The notes under the pieces: model-generated | Told to the model about the DNA's origin: nothing | Databases searched by the model: none | What the model saw: the letters and a program-made list of their open reading frames with translations, nothing else | Position numbers and translations under genes: made by a program | Assembly: GCA_038231135.1 (NCBI GenBank) | Contig: JBBRLX010000029.1 | Coordinates: 1-58,366 of the forward strand | Direction: 5' to 3' | Origin: Candidatus Eiseniibacteriota bacterium | GTDB taxonomy: Bacteria; Eisenbacteria; RBG-16-71-46 | DNA length: 58,366 bases | Part shown: positions 52,047 to 58,366 of the stretch, one piece after another | Layout of the letters: every line of letters starts with the position of its first letter | How positions within the stretch are numbered: the first letter of the stretch is position 1

Positions 52047-53126
52047 ATGCCCGCCGTTCCGCAGCGCCTGGGGTTTCTCGAGCGTCTCGCCGGCGCGCTC
52101 TCCGGCGCCGCGGCCGCGAAGGCGCTGCCCGTGGCCGAGTACGAGTCGCTGCTCGTCGACCCCGAGTTCGACGACGGCGAATTCGTGCGGTTCCGCGAGC
52201 GCGCCGCGCACCTCGGCATCGAGCTGCCCGAGGACGAACCCGGTCCCACCGAGCACTCGCGGCCGGCGCACCCGCCGTTCATTGGCGCCGACCGCGATCT
52301 GCTCGATCTCTATCTGGACGAAATCGGCCGCATCCCGCTGCTCGCGCATCCCGAGTTGCTGGCACTCGCGGTGCGGCACCGCGCCGGCGACCCCGACGCG
52401 CGCCGTCGGATCATCCTCGCCAATCTGCGGCTGGTGGTGTATGTCGCACGCCCGTATCGCAATCGCGGCCTGGCGATGCTCGACCTGATCGAGGAGGGCA
52501 ACCTCGGGCTGATCGCGGCGGTGGACCGATTCGAGCCGGAGCGCGGGCTCAGGTTCAGCACCTACGCCACGATCTGGATCCGCCAGTCGGTTCTGCGCGG
52601 CATCGCGGAGCAGTCACGCTCGGTGCGCATCCCGGTGCAGATGTTCCAGCAGGTGCACCGCTATCTGCGCGCCGAGCGCCTGCTGCGGGCGCGGCTGTCG
52701 GGCGAGCCCCAGGTGGCGGAGCTGGCGCGCGAGCTCGGCATCTCGACCGCACGCGTCGAGCGCCTGGCCGCGCTCATCACCAGCCTCAAATCGCTCGACG
52801 AGAGCACCGGCATCGAGGCGTTCGAGCAGTTGAGCGCCGAGGATCTCGGCGAGCCCGTGCTGTCGGTGGAGCAGCTCGTCGAGCGCCAGCTCCAGCACGA
52901 GCATGTCGACCGCCTGCTGCGCTCGCTGGGGCCGCGCGAAGAGCAGATCCTGCGCATCCGCTACGGTTTTCACGATGGCGTCGGACGCACGCTGGCGCAG
53001 ACCGGCGAGCACTTCGGCATCACGCGGGAACGCGTGCGGCAGATCGAAGCGCGTGCGCTCGCCAAACTCAGGGATGCGCTCGAGCTGCCGTGGCCCGGGC
53101 TCGCGCACGAACCCACCATCCACTGA
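52047..53126 (+). CDS. sigma70-family group-2 (RpoS-like) sigma factor
   Basis: [48 protein letters not shown]. Confidence 0.9.
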   Translation: MPAVPQRLGFLERLAGALSGAAAAKALPVAEYESLLVDPEFDDGEFVRFRERAAHLGIELPEDEPGPTEHSRPAHPPFIGADRDLLDLYLDEIGRIPLLAHPELLALAVRHRAGDPDARRRIILANLRLVVYVARPYRNRGLAMLDLIEEGNLGLIAAVDRFEPERGLRFSTYATIWIRQSVLRGIAEQSRSVRIPVQMFQQVHRYLRAERLLRARLSGEPQVAELARELGISTARVERLAALITSLKSLDESTGIEAFEQLSAEDLGEPVLSVEQLVERQLQHEHVDRLLRSLGPREEQILRIRYGFHDGVGRTLAQTGEHFGITRERVRQIEARALAKLRDALELPWPGLAHEPTIH

Positions 53127-53180
53127 CCGGCCGCCGTCCCGCCGACGGGACGCGCCGGGTTCGCGAAGGAGCCTCAATCC

Positions 53181-53711
53181 ATGCCCGCATCGCCCGGATT
53201 CGACCTGCGCCGCTACGTTCGCGACGTTCCGGATTTCCCGAAACGCGGCATCCTGTTCCGCGACATCACGCCGCTGCTGCAGACGCCCGCGGCGCTGGCG
53301 GCGTCGATCACGGAGCTCGCGGAACGGACGCCGCGGCCGGACGCGGTGATCGCGATCGAATCGCGCGGCTTCATCTTCGGCACCGGTCTCGCGCTGCACT
53401 GGCAGGCGCCGCTGGTGCCGGCGCGCAAGTTCGGCAAGCTGCCGGGCAAGACGGTGCGTGAGGTGTACTCGCTCGAATACGGCGAGGATTCGCTGGAACT
53501 GCTCACCGACGCGCTCGAGCCGGGAGCGTCGGTGGTGATCGTCGATGACCTGCTCGCCACCGGGGGCACCGCCCGCGCGACCGTGCGGCTCGCGGAACAG
53601 CTCGGCGCCCGGGTGGCCGCCGTGCTGTTCGTCATCGAACTCAAAGGCCTGGGCGGCCGCGAACGCCTCGCCGGGAAGACCGTTCACTCTTTGATGGAAC
53701 TCCCCGGATAG
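53181..53711 (+). CDS. apt: adenine phosphoribosyltransferase
   Basis: PDFPKRGILFRDITPLL, ESRGF, IVDDLLATGGT. Confidence 0.96.
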   Translation: MPASPGFDLRRYVRDVPDFPKRGILFRDITPLLQTPAALAASITELAERTPRPDAVIAIESRGFIFGTGLALHWQAPLVPARKFGKLPGKTVREVYSLEYGEDSLELLTDALEPGASVVIVDDLLATGGTARATVRLAEQLGARVAAVLFVIELKGLGGRERLAGKTVHSLMELPG

Positions 53712-53721
53712 CCGCCGGACG

Positions 53722-55098
53722 TCAGCGCGCCCCAACGGCGTTCGGTTCGGAGTAGCTCGCCAGCTCCTTGCGGAACGCCGCGATCGAGCGGTCGGAGCGC
53801 TGGCCTTCCGGGAGCGCCTCGGCGTAGCGCACCGCCTCCACGAGCGTGGCACGCGCGGCCGTCGAGTCGCCGGCACCGGCCTGGATCTGGGCGCGGGTGT
53901 CGTAGATCCGCAGCTTGCGCGGGCCGTACGCGAGCGTCATGGCCTCGGTCGAGGCGGCGAGCGCCTTGTCCCACTGCTTCATCGCGTTGTACGCCATGGC
54001 CAGCCGCGCGAGGGGATTGTAGTCGCCCGGAAACTCCCGGTGCGACTGGTCGAGCATCGGGATCGCGCGCGCAGGCTCACCGAGCTCGAGATAGGCGGAC
54101 AGGCGGTGGGGATCGAACACCGCGCGCTGTTCCGGCGACCTGGCGCGCGCGGCTTCATGCTCGAGGAACGCCGCCCACTCGGCGGCCACCCGCTGGTGCC
54201 CGGCCGTGTCGTTCGCATCGCTGCGGGCGTCGACCAGCGAGCCATAGAGGCTCGAGCGATCGTCCGCGGCGATGTCGAGCGTGCGGTCGGCCAGCACGCG
54301 TCGTGCGGCGGTCTCGAACTCGGCGATCGACGCCGCCCGGCCCGGATGGTCCGCCGGCAGCGAGATCGCACCGTCGAGGCCCGACGCCGCGGCCACGGCC
54401 TCGCTCGGGGTGCCGTGGAGTCGCGGCAGCGCGGAGCGCGCGAGGGTCAGCGTGGCCTCGGTCCGGTCGGCCTGCGAATCGCTGTACAGCAATGCCTCGA
54501 CGACGCGCCCGTAGGCGGGCCAGGCCGCCGGCGCCCCGGCCAGCACCTGCTCGTACGCGGGTGCGGCGGCGGCATAGGCGCCGGCCCCGTAGAGGCTGTC
54601 GGCACGCGCGAGCCGGGACCCGAACGTGGTGCCGGCTCGCGACGCGAGGGGATCGCTGTTCGCGAGCTTGTGGAGCTGGGCGACGGTCATGGCGCCCACC
54701 CAGCGCACCGCGACCTGCTCGTCGGCGGGATCCACGACGAAGAACGTCGGAATCGCCCGCACCGGGAACTTCCGCGCGAACGCTGCGTTCGATGCCTTCT
54801 CGGTGTTGATGTCGAGCCACACGAACCGCCCGGCATCGCGCGCGAGCGACGGATCGTTCAGCACGAACGCCTTCATGGACCGGCACGTATGGCACCACGG
54901 CGCCGAGGCGTCGACGAACAGCGGCAGCCGTTTCGCGCGCGCTGCGGCCAGCGCACGGTCGTAGTCGTCCTCGATGAATGGCAGCACGGCATGGGCGGCG
55001 GCGGGCGCGACCGTGGCCGCACGAGCGGACGCGGGATGCGATGCGGCGGCCGGAGCCGGGGCGATCGCGAGCAGGCACAGCATGAGGATGGAGTTCAT
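53722..55098 (-). CDS. exported thioredoxin-fold + TPR protein
   Basis: Signal peptide; PLFVDASAPWCHTC; TPR-like helical C-terminal region. Confidence 0.82.
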   Translation of the reverse strand: MNSILMLCLLAIAPAPAAASHPASARAATVAPAAAHAVLPFIEDDYDRALAAARAKRLPLFVDASAPWCHTCRSMKAFVLNDPSLARDAGRFVWLDINTEKASNAAFARKFPVRAIPTFFVVDPADEQVAVRWVGAMTVAQLHKLANSDPLASRAGTTFGSRLARADSLYGAGAYAAAAPAYEQVLAGAPAAWPAYGRVVEALLYSDSQADRTEATLTLARSALPRLHGTPSEAVAAASGLDGAISLPADHPGRAASIAEFETAARRVLADRTLDIAADDRSSLYGSLVDARSDANDTAGHQRVAAEWAAFLEHEAARARSPEQRAVFDPHRLSAYLELGEPARAIPMLDQSHREFPGDYNPLARLAMAYNAMKQWDKALAASTEAMTLAYGPRKLRIYDTRAQIQAGAGDSTAARATLVEAVRYAEALPEGQRSDRSIAAFRKELASYSEPNAVGAR

Positions 55099-55416
55099 GC
55101 GGGAATGCTAGCAGAGCGCGTGGCTCACGTCAGGGACATCCGTGTAAGATCGGCATCGATCGCCTTGGCAGGTCGGTCGAACGGCGCCTCGCGGCCGCGG
55201 GCTTGAGCCCGCAAGTTCTTGCCGCGCATGTGCCGCGGCGCCGGGGTCCTTCGATCGCGGCTTTTCGGCTCGCGACTTGCGAGGCGATTCATCGACGGCG
55301 CTCCTGCGCCAAAAACGGAATGCCGGAACCGCGTTCACACCCTCGATGCGCGTGCGCTCCCGGTCTGACAGCTCTGGCCCCGCACCCGGTTTCACCGGCA
55401 ACGTCAAGGATGGGAC

Positions 55417-57528
55417 ATGCCGCTTCGCCACCCCGCCGCACTTCCGTGGGCACTATTCGCCATGACCCTGCTCGCCTTGCCGCCCACGGCCTCCGCCTCG
55501 GGTACGTTCTACGTCGACGCCTCGAACACCAACTGCTCCACCGCGACCGGCACGATCGCGAGCCCCTACTGCACGATCTCGGCCGCCGCCGCCGCGCGCG
55601 GGGGGCCCGGCACGACGCTCGTCGTCAAGCCTGGGATCTATCGCGAGCAGGTCATCGTGCCGGCCTCGGGTGCTCCGGGGGCGCCATTCGTGATCCAGGC
55701 GTCGGGCTTGGGCGTGGTGCTCGAAGGCGCGGACGACCTGTCGAACGTGGCGCTGTGGTCGCCCGGGCCGGGGAGCGCGTGGAAGGCCGCGTCGGTGACC
55801 TGGTCCATGCGGCAGGTGATGGTCGATGGCGCGCGGCTGACGGCTGCCGCCGGCAGTCCGGACAGCCTGCCCCCCAGCGCATTCGTGTACGTGCCCGGCG
55901 CCGGCCTGTTCGTGAACCTGGGCGGCGACAACCCGGGCAAGCACCTGGTGCTCGCCGGTCGCCGAAGTGACGGGTTCCGCCTCGAGGGCCGGTCGAACGT
56001 GCGCATCGAGGGATTCGAGATTCACCGGTTCGAGGACAAGGGCATCTACGTGGTCAACGGCTCCTCGAACGACACACTGACGTCGAACGCCATCTCGCTC
56101 GATGCCGGCCAGGGCATCGGCCTGACGGGGGTTTCCAACTGCATGGTCGCGTCGAACGTGCTGTTCGACAACGGCGACCACGGCATCATCATGCTCAATG
56201 GCGTCACGGGCACCATGGTCCAGGGCAACGAGGCCTACGGCAACGCCCGGCCGACGTCACGAGCGGCGAACGGCCTCAACCTGTTCGGCTGTTCCGGCAA
56301 CCGCATCGTCGGCAACCGCTGGCACAACAATCAGGATTCGGGTGTGCAGTTCACGGCCGGCTCCAACGACAACGTGTCGATCTACAACCTGTCGTGGAAC
56401 AACGGCGACCATGGATTCGACCACCTGGGATCCACGGGCATCGTTCACCTCGGCGACGTGGCGTGGGGCAACCACAAGGACGGGTTCTCGGTCGAGGGCG
56501 GCTCGCCCCGCAACCAGCTGTTCAACTGCATCGCGACCGACAACGGCCTCACGACGGGCGAGTACGACCTGTGGGTCGACAGCACGTCCGCCGTGGGGCT
56601 GGTCTCGAATTCGAACCTGTTCTGGAACTCGACGGCGCAGTACCCGGTGAAATGGGGGCCGGTCAAGTACCTCCACGTCACGGACTATGCGGCCGCCACC
56701 GGTCAGGACACCCGGTCGTTGCAGGCCGACCCGCGATTCGCGGCGCCGGCGGCCGGCGACTTCCATCTCCTCGCGGGCTCGCCGGCCATCGACTGCGCAG
56801 ACGCCGGTGTCGCAAACTGGCCCGCGCTCGACGTCGCGGGCACGGCGCGGCGCGACGATCCCAGCGTGGCGAACACCGGGCTCGGCACGCCGGACTACGC
56901 CGATCGCGGCGCGTTCGAATTCTTCTCCGACCGGCCGCCCGTGGTGACGGCACCCGATTCCGTGCGCTACGCCCGCAACGACGCATTGGATCTGACGATC
57001 ACCGCGGAGGACCCCGATGGCGACGCGATCACGGCGCTGACGGCGGATCTGTCCGCGTTCGATGGCGACGCGACGTTCGTCGTGTCCGCCGACCACCGCT
57101 CCGGCCGGCTCACAGGGACACTGCCGCGTCCCGGGTCATTCCCGGTGACGTTCCGTTCGTCCAACGCGTTGAGCGGGTCGCGGACGACCGTGCTGAACGT
57201 GCGCTATCGCATCTCCGGCATCAACGCCGCCCCGACGCGCGATCTGCCCGGGTCGTCCGCACCCCCGCTCGCGCTGTCCGGCGCCCGTTCCAGCCCGGGC
57301 TCCGGGGCCGTGGAGTTCCGGCTCGACCTGCCGCGCCCGAGCCGGACGGACTGGAGCGTGTTCGACGTGCAGGGCCGCGTTCTGGCCCGCGAACAGCGCG
57401 ACGATCCCGCGGGTCACGTGACGCTGCACTGGCGTCCGGACGGTCGCGCGCCCGGCAGCGGCGTGTACTTCCTGCGCGCCCGCGTCGAGGGCCGCACGTT
57501 CGTGCGCCGGTTCGTGCTCACTGGCTGA
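55417..57528 (+). CDS. secreted right-handed parallel beta-helix protein with Ig-like and FlgD/T9SS-like C-terminal domains
   Basis: FYVD..SPYCTISAAA..PGIYRE; Asn/Gly-rich PbH1 repeats; DFHLLAGSPAID; C-terminal SVFDVQGR...SGVYFLR; start may be 55462. Confidence 0.82.
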   Translation: MPLRHPAALPWALFAMTLLALPPTASASGTFYVDASNTNCSTATGTIASPYCTISAAAAARGGPGTTLVVKPGIYREQVIVPASGAPGAPFVIQASGLGVVLEGADDLSNVALWSPGPGSAWKAASVTWSMRQVMVDGARLTAAAGSPDSLPPSAFVYVPGAGLFVNLGGDNPGKHLVLAGRRSDGFRLEGRSNVRIEGFEIHRFEDKGIYVVNGSSNDTLTSNAISLDAGQGIGLTGVSNCMVASNVLFDNGDHGIIMLNGVTGTMVQGNEAYGNARPTSRAANGLNLFGCSGNRIVGNRWHNNQDSGVQFTAGSNDNVSIYNLSWNNGDHGFDHLGSTGIVHLGDVAWGNHKDGFSVEGGSPRNQLFNCIATDNGLTTGEYDLWVDSTSAVGLVSNSNLFWNSTAQYPVKWGPVKYLHVTDYAAATGQDTRSLQADPRFAAPAAGDFHLLAGSPAIDCADAGVANWPALDVAGTARRDDPSVANTGLGTPDYADRGAFEFFSDRPPVVTAPDSVRYARNDALDLTITAEDPDGDAITALTADLSAFDGDATFVVSADHRSGRLTGTLPRPGSFPVTFRSSNALSGSRTTVLNVRYRISGINAAPTRDLPGSSAPPLALSGARSSPGSGAVEFRLDLPRPSRTDWSVFDVQGRVLAREQRDDPAGHVTLHWRPDGRAPGSGVYFLRARVEGRTFVRRFVLTG

Positions 57529-57675
57529 GGTCCGCTACCGGCCGGACGCCGCAACAGGTACGGTGACGCCGCGGGCGGCGGTCTTTAGAGGTCTTGGAGA
57601 TCGATCGCCCTGCGGGACTCCGCGCTGCCACCGGCACCCCGCCGTCCGGCATCGCGGACCGATCGGGAGAGCGCC

Positions 57676-58125
57676 ATGGACGATTCGCAAGCGGTGGGCG
57701 GAGGGCGGCAGCACCGCGTCGAGACGGCGCTGGCCCAGGCCCTCGAGCGGCTGGCCGCGCAGTCGGGCACGATTCATCTGAAGCAGCCGGGAGCCGACGT
57801 GCTCCAGCTCGCGGCGAGCCACGGCATCCCACCGCAGATCGAGGAGGTCGTGCGCCTCGTGCCCTGGGGCAAGGGAATGGCGGGCCTGGCGGCGCTGCGC
57901 GCCGAGCCCATCGACGCCTGCAACCTGCAAACGGACGCGAGCGGCGACGTGCGACCCGGCGCACGTGCCACCGGCGTCGCCGGCGCCATCGTCGTGCCGA
58001 TGCTGCTCGACGGCCGGGTCGTGGGGACGATCGGCGTGGGTTGCGTCGCGGAGCGAACGTTCACGCCCGCCGAGACCCGCTGGCTCATGGACCGGGCGGC
58101 CGCGCTGGCGCGGGACCTGGGCTGA
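57676..58125 (+). CDS. standalone GAF-domain protein
   Basis: GGAG RBS; LQLAASHGIP, PWGKGMAG, IVVPM..VVGTIGV..RTFT. Confidence 0.82.
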   Translation: MDDSQAVGGGRQHRVETALAQALERLAAQSGTIHLKQPGADVLQLAASHGIPPQIEEVVRLVPWGKGMAGLAALRAEPIDACNLQTDASGDVRPGARATGVAGAIVVPMLLDGRVVGTIGVGCVAERTFTPAETRWLMDRAAALARDLG

Positions 58126-58230
58126 CCCAGGACTTCCCGGCCATCCCCGGGGCCTCCGCCTGGCGGCAGGGTCCGCGATCGCCCGACCGCGGTTGTCGGG
58201 TCGTTCCGGGCGATTTGGCATATACGGCCT

Positions 58231-58288
58231 GTCAAGCCATTTGATAATGTAACTTGAGGCCTCATCGTCAAGCCATTTGAGATGTAAC
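58231..58288. promoter_or_regulatory. tandem palindromic operator-like repeat (TCAA-N5-TTGA x2)
   Basis: gtcaagccatttgataatgtaac (58231-58253) and gtcaagccatttgagatgtaac (58267-58288) in an AT-rich patch. Confidence 0.65.
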
Positions 58289-58366
58289 CCGAGTCGAGCT
58301 GTCCTGGCGCGATGCCAGGGCTGCAATGCGATCGAGTTTCTTCTCGATGGTCTTCGACAACTCGAA

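Overview
High-GC bacterial chromosomal window, densely coding and mostly on the + strand. Gene content (an FlgD/T9SS-like C-terminal sorting domain, a Bacteroidota-style bS22) suggests an FCB-superphylum-related lineage such as Ca. Eisenbacteria; this is inference only. In order: a four-gene uncharacterised membrane-protein operon (FN3 + DUF6754-like), a lipoate-ligase-family gene and an Opp/Dpp peptide ABC transporter. Next come a ~0.85 kb structured non-coding gap and a bacterial microcompartment (BMC) operon with 2 BMC-H, 1 PduT-like BMC-T, 3 BMC-P and an aldehyde dehydrogenase with an encapsulation peptide, but no signature enzyme. A long housekeeping stretch follows: HU, bS22 (missed by the ORF track), RNase R, PilZ, aroA-cmk-plsC-rpsA, mutS, yitJ, an S55 peptidase/beta-propeller/M28 trio, pgeF, a giant PpiD-like chaperone, mutL-miaA, der-plsY-gpsA, surE-pcm-RpoS-like sigma, apt and three tRNAs, ending with a secreted beta-helix protein and a GAF protein. 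No transposase, prophage or CRISPR array was seen. The best candidates for undescribed biology are the core-incomplete BMC and the DUF6754 membrane module. Also notable are a two-copy hairpin repeat whose terminal arms differ in sequence yet still pair, a tRNA-Pro(GGG) with G38, and several non-canonical translation-start signals. Family names come from motif recognition by eye, not database searches.
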